Position numbers and translations under genes: made by a program. Shown one piece after another: positions 1-12,277 of a DNA stretch of 64,000 bases. Numbering within the stretch: the stretch's first letter is position 1; every line of letters starts with the position of its first letter. The notes beneath the pieces were generated by a model. That model was given only the letters and a program-made list of their open reading frames with translations, did no database searches and had not been told where the DNA came from. The DNA is from Eledone cirrhosa. Taxonomy: Eukaryota. The DNA lies in NCBI GenBank assembly GCA_964016885.1, contig OZ024741.1, positions 140,554,001-140,618,000 of the forward strand. Reading direction: 5' to 3'.

Positions 1-222
1 CCCCACCCCTCAAAATAAATTTTTTTTTCAAATATCACACATCAATCTAAAACTACTTTTCATATGTTGATTTAAAACTGCACTATCCACAAGTGTTTTT
101 TAACCTTCATATCATGTCTTCCTGTTTTATCTGATGAAAACACAAATGTTATTGCATGATGATATTTGTTTTTGAAATGCGCATAATAAAATACATGGAA
201 CTCTTTTAAACATCTTTTGGTC
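1..222 (+). mobile_element. PLE pseudo-LTR fragment (near-identical copy at ~13700-13920)
   Basis: Matches 13700-13920; contains a hammerhead; ends in (TA)n. Confidence 0.7.
123..194 (+). ncRNA. Minimal type I hammerhead ribozyme
   Basis: gttttat-CTGATGA-stem II (aaa-caaatgttattg/catgatgatatttgttttt)-GAAA-tgcgca (palindrome)-TA-ataaaat. Confidence 0.8.
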
Positions 223-223
223 T

Positions 224-253
<30 letters not shown>

Positions 254-254
<1 letters not shown>

Positions 255-917
255 AAAACAAATAACGAAACGAAATTAAATTTCGCTTCGTTTGTAACTC
301 ACTTTTGTATGACTGACGCTTAAACAATTAAGTTAAAAATGTACATCCACATATGTATACTGAAATATTAGTATGCATATAAATACACACACGTGTACAT
401 ATGTAGATGTACCGAGTTTTTCACTGGTCACCTTACTGTGAGTGTTCAGCTATTCTGTATGTAAACACACAGACAAACCAGTTTTTAGAGTCATACTGGT
501 TTTAATTTCGTTTCGTTATTTGTTTTTATCGTCTCCGCTGAACCGGTACGTACTCACGCTCTATGCAAATTAGTCTGCCCACTACTAATTTTCATAGAAA
601 AAGCATATAACGATATGTGCTTTTACGATTCTCTAGAAAGGCCGGAATAGGTAAATATTGCTGATGAGATGTAACAACATCGAAACTAGTCCAATGTTCC
701 TGTCTGGCTTTCTGGAGAATAGAGGAAAGTTGGTTCCTCGAAAACCAGTATGACTCTAAAAAACGGTTTGTCTGTGTGTTTACATACAGAATAGCTGAAC
801 ACTCACAGTAAAGTGTCCAGTGAAAAACTTGGTACATCTACATATGTACACGTGTGTGTATTCATATGCATACTAATATTTCAGTATACATATGGGGATG
901 TACATTTTTAACTTAAT

Positions 918-918
<1 letters not shown>
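254..918 (+). mobile_element. Non-coding HHR-containing retrozyme-like unit A (~463 nt) with inverted partial copy
   Basis: 326-503 is the reverse complement of 741-918 and 254-279 of 502-528; flanked by (TA)n; no credible ORF; contains an HHR. Confidence 0.7.
654..698 (+). ncRNA. Type I hammerhead ribozyme (GUC site) with extended stem I
   Basis: aatattg-CTGATGA-gatgt-aaca-acatc-GAAA-ctag-TC-caatgtt; flanks attctctagaaaggccgga / tctggctttctggagaat also pair. Confidence 0.9.
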
Positions 919-962
<44 letters not shown>

Positions 963-997
963 ATGTATATATGTATGTATATATGTATATATATATA

Positions 998-1392
998 TAT
1001 TGTTATACTTTGGGAGGGTCATGTTGCCAATAAGAAACAGACGCACCAGTTGTGTGTGGTGACACAACACACACACAGAAACAAGATGGCGTACGACAGA
1101 CCAAAGGAGAGGCAAAAAAACAAAGAAAAGAATCCCGTCACAGAAGAGATGACATAATGTGTGACGAAAGAACTGTGACAGTATAGAAACAACCATCTGG
1201 TTGTGGAACCAACCAACCAACCGGAAATTTATAAATTCCTAAATTTATAAATGTATTATAATAAATTGAAGTTAAATACCTGGCGCGTGTGTTTCTTATT
1301 TGCAACATGACCCTCCCAAAGTATAACAATATCGGTTTCAACACACTTTTTCAGATAAAGAATCTAGCTAAACAAATTCAGAAACGAAATAT
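998..1392 (+). mobile_element. Solo PLE pLTR with ORF-start tail (MTLPKYNN...) and inverted 5' piece; decayed HHR
   Basis: Homologous to 13070-13412; 998-1050 is inverted relative to ~1280-1332; HHR core mutated to CAGAAGA at ~1141. Confidence 0.7.
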
Positions 1393-1399
1393 ATATATA

Positions 1400-3635
<2,236 letters not shown>

Positions 3636-3763
3636 AAAGTTTTATTTAAAATGTTGGGTTACAACGAGTAAATATTTTATAACTGATATAAAAGCACTCA
3701 ACAAGTTTTGGAGTATTTTACGATATTAAACAAATGGAAATTACATTTATAAAACCATATTTA

Positions 3764-3826
3764 TTTCATTATATATATTTCAGGGATATCATATTAAAAA
3801 TATGGTATGCCCTCTTCAGATAAAAT
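3764..3826 (-). ncRNA. Minimal type I hammerhead (inverted copy of 7121-7180)
   Basis: Reverse complement reads ttttat-CTGAAGA-ggg..ccct-GAAA-tatata-TA-atgaa. Confidence 0.7.
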
Positions 3827-5155
3827 ACAATATATAGACAGCTTTATAAATAAATTTGACATATCTTAGAGTTCACAACTTCCATCTAAAAAGTTGTTAC
3901 GGTTGTGAAAATGTTAAGGACGGTTAGAAAGAAAGACGGAGAGAAAAAAGGAAAAAAGGAAAAAGAAAAAGAAGGAGAAAAGAAAAAGAAAGAGCGGAAG
4001 GTGAAGAAGATGAAGAAATGTATGTAAAGAGAAAATCACCAAATGAGAGATCTATGAGGGAAGGGGGTACTGTAATTATTCATTTGTTTATTTATTTATT
4101 TAGTGTTAAGGATACGGGGAGAAATAAAAACAAAATAAAGAGAGGTAGATCGAGTAATATCTATTATACGAGGTGGGAGAGATAGGGGAGGGGTGATATA
4201 CAGGAGATAGAGTTAAAACAGCCGATATAAGAGTAGAAGGGAGGAGGAGAGGAGATATACTTAGAAACAAAAATGATAGTTTTAAAATATTATGTTTCAT
4301 CAGTCTATCAATTCCTATGAATTATAATGTAAACATCAATATTCATGAATGAGACACATATCAATAATGTGTGAAAAAATAGTGACTATATGTTTAGTTT
4401 AAAAATTCATAGGTTTATAATCAAAATCTGAGATAAAACCTCAAAAAAATATTGGAATACATAGGTATATATGTATTTTCATGAAAAAAGAGAAAAGAGA
4501 AAGAAAAAGAGAAGGTTATCTCAAACTGACATTATAGACACATTTGAGTTTATATGATCAGCTCTGTAAATTTTTATTTCACATGGAACTCTTCATTGCG
4601 TTAAAAAGAGTTTACCATACACATAAGTGTACATACATATATATATACATAAAATATACATTATTAATAATAATAATATTCTTGCCCTTTCTTACATGAT
4701 TATCGTACAAGCATAGAATAGAACAGATATCAATATATTAAAATATTAAAAACGCCAAGAATATTTTCCTCCCCAGAATATCTAGGGCCGTAATAAAAAC
4801 ACAGTGTGCCCAGCATATCAATCAATCCCTCCAATTTATTTGACAATACTGCCAAGTTTATTAGAAGCAATCAGAGTCAAAAGCAAACAAAACCAAAATT
4901 ATTCACCAAACTTATTTAGCAGAAATCATTCAAAAAAACTTTAGGAAGCTCGGTTGTTCTACAGATGCTCTTATATTTATTCTAGAAGTTTATCTAGCAG
5001 AAAAATTGTATTCAATAGATTTGGATCATCACCGTTTTAAGGTAGTTTAATTACATTATTAATTATATATTCATGAAGAAGGTTTAAAGAATTGAAGGAA
5101 TCGAAAGATTTATCGCCAAGTTTTCTAAAATAATTAAAAGTCTTAAGTAAATATA

Positions 5156-5822
5156 TTACATTTTAAACTTATATTTATATTTAAAAGTTGAGTTCAATCT
5201 ATGTCTGCAGCAACTGAATAAATTGGTCCGTAAATTAAGGGAATTTTTAGATTTTAGTATAAAGAATGTCTCCTCTGCGCAGAGGTCACATGTCTCAGAG
5301 GAGGAATTAAAAGAATCCCTCTTGAGACTATATTCCAAACCATCGAATATCCAACGTTATCATGTTTAAGTTGCCAGAGTAAGCCTGATAGTGATGTTGA
5401 AGATTTTTTGTTTGGATCTGTGAAAGAATACTTGTGATTATTATAGCGAAGTTTAAATTCTGTCGAGGTGGAACCAACATAATTAAAAGAATTTAAGTCA
5501 GTTTTAACATTACAGTTGTATATTATATTTTTAACTAAGCAATTGTTATTTAACGGGCATTTAGATCTATCTCTACAGTTACAGTTGTTTACTTGAATAT
5601 TGTTTATGCTATTATCGGTATTTTGGCTAGGTTTTAGATTTCTATTATTTATTCTATAAATATTTTGTGCTAAATTTTTGGTGGACGAGTAGGTTAATTT
5701 TATAGTATGTCTATTGAAAATTGAGTGATACTTATGTGTTCTAGGGAATCGTTTGTCAAGAGCATTAAAAAATAGTTTAGCGATGTGGGTTTTAATGTTT
5801 AGTGAGAAAGGGGGTGCAAACC
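5156..5822 (-). pseudogene. Naiad-type GIY-YIG endonuclease remnant
   Basis: CNCRDRSKCPLNNNCLVKNIIY..YVGST..FKLRYNNH; CDLCAEE..LNLR..CCRH; frameshifted. Confidence 0.85.
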
Positions 5823-7120
5823 AACTTGGCGATAAATCTTTCGATCCTTCAATTCTTTAAACCTTCTTCATGAATATATAATTACTAATGTAATTAAACT
5901 ACCTTAAAACGGTGATGATCCAAATCTATTGAATAAAATGTTTATGCTAGATAAACTTCTAGAATAAATATAAGAGCATCTGTAGAACAACCGAGCATCC
6001 TAAAGTTTATTTGAATGATTTCTGCTAAATAAGTTTGGTGAATAATTTTGGTTTTGTTTGCTTTTGACTCTGATTGCTTCTAATAAACTTGGCAGTATTG
6101 TCAAATAAATTGGAGGGATTGATTGATATGCTGGGCACACTGTGTTTTTATTACGGCCCTAGATATTCTGGGGAGGAAAATATTCTTGGCGTTTTTAATA
6201 TTTTAATATATTGATATCTGTTCTATTCTATGCTTGTACGATAATCATGTAAGAAACGGCAAGAATATTATTATTATTAATAATGTATATTTTATGTATA
6301 TATATATATGTATGTACACTTATGTGTATGGTAAACTCTTTTTAACGCAATGAAGAGTTCCATGTGAAATAAAAATTTACAGAGCTGATCATATAAACTC
6401 ACATGTGTCTATAATGTCAGTTTAAGATAATCTTCTCTTTTTCTTTCTCTTTTCTCTTTTTTCATGAAAATACATATATACCTATGTATTCCAGTATTTT
6501 TTGAGGTTTTATCTCAGATTTTGATTATAAACATATGAATTTTTAAACTAAACATATAGTCACTATTTTTTCAAACATTATTGATATGTGTCTCATTCAT
6601 GAATATTGATGTTTACATTATAATTCATAGGAATTGATAGACTGATGAAACATAATATTTTAAAACTATCATTTTTGTTTCTAAGTATATCTCCTCTCCT
6701 CCTCCCTTCTACTCTTATATCGGCTGTTTTAACTCTATCTCCTGTATATCACCCCTCCCCTATCTCTCCCACCTCGTATAATAGATATTACTCGATCTAC
6801 CTCTCTTTATTTTGTTTTTATTTCTCCCCGTATCCTTAACACTAAATAAATAAATAAACAAATGAATAATTACAGTACCCCATTCCCACATAGATCTCTC
6901 ATTTGGTGATTTTCTCTTTACATACATTTCTTCATCTTCTTCACCTTCCGCTCTTTCTTTTTCTTTTCTCCTTCTTTTTCTTTTTCCTTTTTTCCTTTTT
7001 TCTCTCCGTCTTTCTTTCTAACAGTCCTTAACATTTTCACTACCGTAACAACTTTTTGAATGGAAGTTGTGAACTCTAAGGTATGTCAAATTTATTTATA
7101 AAGCTGTCTATATATTGTAT

Positions 7121-7180
7121 TTTATCTGAAGAGGGCATACCATATTTTTAATATGATATCCCTGAAATATATATAATAAA
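7121..7180 (+). ncRNA. Minimal type I hammerhead ribozyme
   Basis: tttat-CTGAAGA-gggcataccatatt/aatatgatatccct-GAAA-tatata-TA-ataaa. Confidence 0.8.
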
Positions 7181-7243
7181 TAAATATGGTTTTATAAATG
7201 TAATTTCCATTTGTTTAATATCGTATATATATATATATATATA

Positions 7244-7609
7244 TAGTATTAGTTATACTATTTATGGTTATGTAAACACAAAACCTTAAGCAGTTGTAAG
7301 TATTTTACACACACCCTAAATAGTGGTAGGCAGTAATGTATTACTACCTTATTACCAGTAAGTTAAGTAGCTCAATGTAAAAACATCAGATGATTTACAG
7401 AGCAGTTATATGAGATATAAGAATCAATGTTGACCCACAATGTTTGAATATGTATCAATGTTTGAATATGTATTGGTATGTCTCTCGGCTGAAAAGGAGG
7501 TCATATAACTGTCCATGCATTAATAAATTGCTCCGAAGAATCCAAACCTCGGTTTGGAGGAAACAGCTGTAAGCACAATAATGTTTTGAACAGTTCTTTG
7601 ATTCTTATA

Positions 7610-7620
<11 letters not shown>
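7244..7620. mobile_element. PLE pLTR fragment with internal inversion (related to 50075-50350)
   Basis: Shares cagtaatgtattactaccttattaccagtaag with 50127; 7408-7427 is inverted at ~7598-7618. Confidence 0.6.
7529..7575 (+). ncRNA. Hammerhead ribozyme, U4C core variant
   Basis: tgct-CCGAAGA-a-tccaaacc-tc-ggtttgga-g-GAAA-cagctg-TA-agca. Confidence 0.7.
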
Positions 7621-7669
<49 letters not shown>

Positions 7670-7704
7670 TGTGAGAAAAACCACAGACACTCCATCCCAA
7701 CTCA

Positions 7705-7742
7705 CCTTTTGAAAAGCAGAAGAACTGCGAAACCGGTAAAGG
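7705..7742 (+). ncRNA. Hammerhead ribozyme, U3:A8 compensatory core variant
   Basis: cctt-TTGAAAA-gcag-aagaa-ctgc-GAAA-ccgg-TA-aagg. Confidence 0.7.
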
Positions 7743-7873
7743 AACCAAATAAATATATATATTTTTTTTTTAAATAAGACGCCAGTTGCATTTTCGATTT
7801 CATCTCTTTTTCTTTATACTTTCACTCGTGTAGAACACCTCGGTTATTTTTCATTTTGTTAAAAAAACCTCAC

Positions 7874-7980
<107 letters not shown>

Positions 7981-8503
7981 ATATTTGGGGAGGGTCATAT
8001 TTGCGTAATATCGCCAGAATTAATAACAGAACACACTCACTGTTTGGTTGGTTTTCGCTTCTCGCTGTCTTTTATATATATATATCTGCGATCTAACTTA
8101 CTCGGTCCTCAATGTTGCCATTGACTGACCGGCGGTCAAAGATAATACAGATACAATATAGACAAACACATATATATATAGTTTACATAATTTACATAAA
8201 TCTTTCGTTGCACATCTGCAACATCGTCAGTGGTGTTATATTCATTGTTCCTCCTGTTGTGTTGTATGTCTACGCCATTTTTTTTTGTTCAGTCTGTCTA
8301 TATATTTATTTATTTATTTGCTTGTTTGTTTATCTTATTTTATTTTGTCTTCTTTGCGCATGCGTTTGCGTGTGTGTATAGTGTTGTGTGTGATGTGTGA
8401 CTAGTGTGTATAGTGTTGTGTCTGCTGGGTGACTAGTGTGTGTTTATGTGCTTGTGTATGTATTTATTTATCTTATTTTATTTTATTTAATTTACTTATT
8501 TAT

Positions 8504-11500
8504 TTATACTTCTCTTAGGTCAGTGTTGTTTGTTTGGGTGTTGTTGTTGTTCCACTCATTCTTTCTGTTTAGCTTTGGTCTTCTAATTTCTATTTCACTG
8601 GCCTCTCTGATTTGCCTATCTGCTGGGTCATTCCTATGTTTAGATATTATTCTAATTTCTATGTTGTCTATGTTACCGTCATGTTGTTGTCTAGCATGTT
8701 CGTATAGTACTGACCCGTTTTTTCGTCCTTTTAGTTCCCCCCAGTGTTGGTCTATCCTTTCACCTATGCTACGAGCTGTCTCACCTATGTATGTTGTTGT
8801 CGTGTTTCTGCAAGTACCCTCTGTACATCTTATGCTATAGACTACGTTTCTAGTTTTACAGTTTATCCGGGGGTTCACCTTACATATGATACATTTCCTA
8901 TTGGTACAGTGGGTTTTCTTAAAAGGGTAGGTTTTGCTGATCAGGGATTTTATGGTGGTTCCTGGCTTTTCTACCACCTTTATTTTTAAGTGGGTCTTTC
9001 TCAGGGCCTTTCTACACTGGTTAGCTAATTTCCCTCCAGGGGTGGCGTCCACAAACATGACACTCTGATATCTCTGGTTGTCGTACCATGATGTGGCCTT
9101 CCCTATCTTATGTCTAGCCCTATCTAAGCTATTCCATGATTTGCTCCTGTATAGTGGGCAAATTCCTTTCATGTCCAGTTCTATGAGGGTCTTATACTTT
9201 TCCATGGCTCCTTCGTATACTCTGACTCTGTCTTTTTGGTTGTAGCCAGAGAATTGCATGCGGTTGATGAAGTGTTGGATGTGTCCTTCCATTTCTGTTG
9301 GGTCGCACATGCTGGACACATTCTTCATCACTCGTACCAAATCTGCGATCAGAATATTAAACTTAGCACTACTGGACATTGCTGAGTTTTTGAGTATCAG
9401 GTATTTGGAGGCCATGGGTTTAGCATAGTGTGAGTGGAGAATTTGGGCTCTCTCGTCTATAGTGTTAATCCAGAGTTCTGTGTCTAATACAGGTAGTCTA
9501 TTGTTAGGGTGTTTGGAAGGGAAGTCTATAGTTACAGTTATACTCTGGTGTATGGAATTAGCTATCTGCTGGATGCTTTCCATCGTGCTACGTTCTAAAT
9601 CAAAATTGTTAGTGCTCTCTAGTGGGGGTGTTCTTATAGCTATATTGATATCGTCTACATAACGAGAGTACATGCTGAGGTCTATGGAGCTTTCATTAAG
9701 GAGATCTTTAAGTCTCCTTTCCCACCATACCATGAAAAGGTTGGCAACATCACCAGCTATAGTGACGCCGATGGCTGCTCCCTCATTTTGGGTGTAGATT
9801 TTCTCATTGAACTTAAATATGTGGCCCTTTAGGGTAGTTTTGATACTAGCCCCTATTGCATGTGCGACCATTTTTCTTACCTGATCAGTGTTTTGGGGGG
9901 TCCGTATAGCTTTGGTCCACCCAATCCACCTTCCTATGGGAGTCTTTTTAGCCATTGAGGTTATGGTGGGGGGTCTACCTCTTATAGGTCTACTAGGGCA
10001 GAAACATCTAAGGTCATGGCTGTCTAGGTAGTCAGTGTCGTAGGTAAGTCTAAGTAGGAGGCCCAGTTCGTCTGTGTCGACGTCGCAGAACTCCACCTCA
10101 CTCTCAATGATCATCTCCACACATCTTTTCACAGCAAAATCAATGTTAATGGATGGGGACAGTGACACCACATCCATGCTGCCTATTATGCAGTTGGATA
10201 GGCTCCTGTTTTTGTTGCACTCACTGATTCTGCTGAGGAGGTCCTCTGTACTTTCACATACATCTGGGGACATCTTGATTATGGGGCGCATAACCATTGA
10301 GAGGAAGTAGGAGATCCTGCAGTTGCTAGCTATATTAGCTCCGCATACGGGTCTTGTTGGTGGTCCTGTTGTCGGGTCGTCGACTGTCTTGTGGTCTTTG
10401 CGGAGCCCATACAAGGGTGGTATGCCATTGTTAGACGCCGGGAAGTTGTTGGCAGTGCGTCTGCTTGGCTTTAGGATGTCAGTCCACATCATCATGTGAG
10501 CGTTGAGGATTTTTTCTCTCCCATCGTGTGTTAGTTGTGCAACTTCGCTCGTGTTGGTGATGTGGGGTTGCATTGCCTCGATGTAGTTCGGCATGCTATC
10601 TATTGACATCCTACCAGACTTATCTGTGGGTAGACACACTACCTCACCATCCCTTGTGCGCTGCTTGAGGCTAACCAAGCCTTCTACAGGTTTTATCCCA
10701 AGTTGTTGGGCCTCTGGTCTGCTCTGTCTCATAGTGTACCTGTCTACTACTTGTCTAATCTTATTTCTAGCTATGGTGAACTGTGCCTCCGTCTCGTCAT
10801 CTATTTGCTGTGGTATGCAAACTCTTTTATTAAAGGGTAACCTCGTAGGATAGATATTACCCATCTTATATGTTTTGTCAGCTGGGTTGAAAAATAGTTT
10901 CTCTAAGGGGTTGTCGTTATTTCTATCGTCATAGTTGTGTGTGTTGCTATTATTGTTATCATGGTGGTTGTTGTTGTTTCTATCATTAGCATTAATATTA
11001 TTATTGTTATGATTGCTAGATGTATTGTTGTTTACTTCACCGTTATTGTTGTTGTTGTTACTGCTATTTCTACCATTGTGGTTGTTACTATTATTATGTT
11101 TCTTGTTTTTGTTGATGTTGCTACATGTACTATTTCCATTATTACCACTGTGGTTATTGTTGTTGTTGTTGTTCGTATTGTTACCGTTATTACTACTGTG
11201 GTCACTGTTGCTGTGTCTGTGGTTAACGTTTCTATTATTATTATTATTGTGGTTGTTGTTGTTCTGTCTATCGCTAGTATTATTACCATTATCACTATTT
11301 CTCACTTTCCTGCCATTGTTATGGTTATGGCTGTTATTTCTATACCCAGAGTTATTGTTTATATTACTACTACCGTTATTATTGTTGTTGTTGTTTACCT
11401 TTGCATTCCAACGTATTTTTGTGAAACACTTTTCCAGCTCCGTTTTGCATTCCATAGGGTTAATCTTTTTGTAGATGGCAAATTTTGGTGGTAACTTTAG

Positions 11501-11593
11501 GATTTGTTGTTCTTGTTCACTGATTAAAGTGTTCCCATAGATATTTACTGTGTGGTCATTGGTAAATTCTTCCGGTAGTTTTACATCACTCAT
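8504..11593 (-). CDS. PLE polyprotein: Asn-rich linker, RT, thumb, Cys-rich linker, GIY-YIG endonuclease
   Basis: PTDKSG, LYGLRKDHK, RPVCG, GSMDVVSL, GAAIG, SRYVDD, LPVLD, CxxxxCxxC, VVYSIRC..YIGETARS..RIDQH, RQIREA..I..LNRKNEW. Confidence 0.95.
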   Translation of the reverse strand: MSDVKLPEEFTNDHTVNIYGNTLISEQEQQILKLPPKFAIYKKINPMECKTELEKCFTKIRWNAKVNNNNNNNGSSNINNNSGYRNNSHNHNNGRKVRNSDNGNNTSDRQNNNNHNNNNNRNVNHRHSNSDHSSNNGNNTNNNNNNNHSGNNGNSTCSNINKNKKHNNSNNHNGRNSSNNNNNNGEVNNNTSSNHNNNNINANDRNNNNHHDNNNSNTHNYDDRNNDNPLEKLFFNPADKTYKMGNIYPTRLPFNKRVCIPQQIDDETEAQFTIARNKIRQVVDRYTMRQSRPEAQQLGIKPVEGLVSLKQRTRDGEVVCLPTDKSGRMSIDSMPNYIEAMQPHITNTSEVAQLTHDGREKILNAHMMMWTDILKPSRRTANNFPASNNGIPPLYGLRKDHKTVDDPTTGPPTRPVCGANIASNCRISYFLSMVMRPIIKMSPDVCESTEDLLSRISECNKNRSLSNCIIGSMDVVSLSPSINIDFAVKRCVEMIIESEVEFCDVDTDELGLLLRLTYDTDYLDSHDLRCFCPSRPIRGRPPTITSMAKKTPIGRWIGWTKAIRTPQNTDQVRKMVAHAIGASIKTTLKGHIFKFNEKIYTQNEGAAIGVTIAGDVANLFMVWWERRLKDLLNESSIDLSMYSRYVDDINIAIRTPPLESTNNFDLERSTMESIQQIANSIHQSITVTIDFPSKHPNNRLPVLDTELWINTIDERAQILHSHYAKPMASKYLILKNSAMSSSAKFNILIADLVRVMKNVSSMCDPTEMEGHIQHFINRMQFSGYNQKDRVRVYEGAMEKYKTLIELDMKGICPLYRSKSWNSLDRARHKIGKATSWYDNQRYQSVMFVDATPGGKLANQCRKALRKTHLKIKVVEKPGTTIKSLISKTYPFKKTHCTNRKCIICKVNPRINCKTRNVVYSIRCTEGTCRNTTTTYIGETARSIGERIDQHWGELKGRKNGSVLYEHARQQHDGNIDNIEIRIISKHRNDPADRQIREASEIEIRRPKLNRKNEWNNNNTQTNNTDLREV

Positions 11594-11617
11594 ACGGATG
11601 TTGTCGATGTTATCTGG

Positions 11618-12136
11618 CTATATTTGAGAATATTCGATTTTCCTTTCTTGTAGTTTTTTCTTATTCATCCATTCTAATTTCTTCTTGAAATGCCTACAGC
11701 ATTCGTTTTGAGCATATTTCGTTTCGCGTCGGATGACGCTCATGAAGTCATCTCTCTCGTTTGCTGTGATGAGATTTCGGATTTCCTTACCGTTGATGCG
11801 TTTTTGTCTGTAGAGTGCGTTGACTTTTGTGTATGTTGTTCTTTTCATATTAACTGTTATTGTGTGTTTTAGCCGTTCAGCTTGTGTTTTGTTAAATAAT
11901 AAATTATTTACTTGTTTTGATATGTTTGTTGTGTATGTTTTGAAGGAAACACAGTGTTTTAAGAAGCGGATTTGTTCTGTTGTTATTGTAGTTTTTATAT
12001 AACAGAAAACAGTGTCTTTCAATAACCTTTCAGCTTGGCACAAGCTAATGCCATAGCGGCGATGAATTAGTTTTGCGAGGTTTTTTATATGAAATCGTGT
12101 GTCGAAACAGATATTGTTATATTTGGGGAGGGTCAT
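11618..12136 (-). CDS. N-terminal basic domain of the same PLE ORF, in frame across a single TAG
   Basis: ..CAA ATA TAG CCA GAT AAC ATC GAC AAC ATC CGT ATG AGT..; QIRFLKHC resembles PLE N-terminal segments. Confidence 0.8.
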   Translation of the reverse strand: MTLPKYNNICFDTRFHIKNLAKLIHRRYGISLCQAERLLKDTVFCYIKTTITTEQIRFLKHCVSFKTYTTNISKQVNNLLFNKTQAERLKHTITVNMKRTTYTKVNALYRQKRINGKEIRNLITANERDDFMSVIRRETKYAQNECCRHFKKKLEWMNKKKLQERKIEYSQI

Positions 12137-12223
12137 ATTCTATATGACCCTCCCCAAATATAACAATATCTGTTTCGACACACGATTTCATATAAAAAAC
12201 CTCGCAAAACTAATTCATCGCCG

Positions 12224-12269
<46 letters not shown>

Positions 12270-12277
<8 letters not shown>

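Larger units (their letters stand above)
3633..7225 (-). mobile_element. 5'-truncated Naiad-type PLE with ~1.4-kb inverted pLTRs
   Basis: Arms ~3719-5122 and ~5823-7225 are reverse complements around a GIY-YIG remnant. Confidence 0.85.

Noticed and set aside
571-597. Minus-strand ATGA-started hairpin as a SECIS
   Set aside because: Lacks the 3' GA of the quartet and the apical AA
5500-5590. Selenocysteine (TGA) codons or SECIS, as reported for some Naiad PLEs
   Set aside because: Cys positions I translated in the CxC..CPL..C motif here and at ~17400-17450 and ~52110-52155 are ordinary Cys codons; no convincing SECIS seen
6633-6671. Possible second HHR (CTGATGA)
   Set aside because: No GAAA or stem III/UH in register
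10937-11494. Hydrophobic Val/Leu-rich plus-strand ORFs
   Set aside because: Antisense shadow of the Asn-rich repeat
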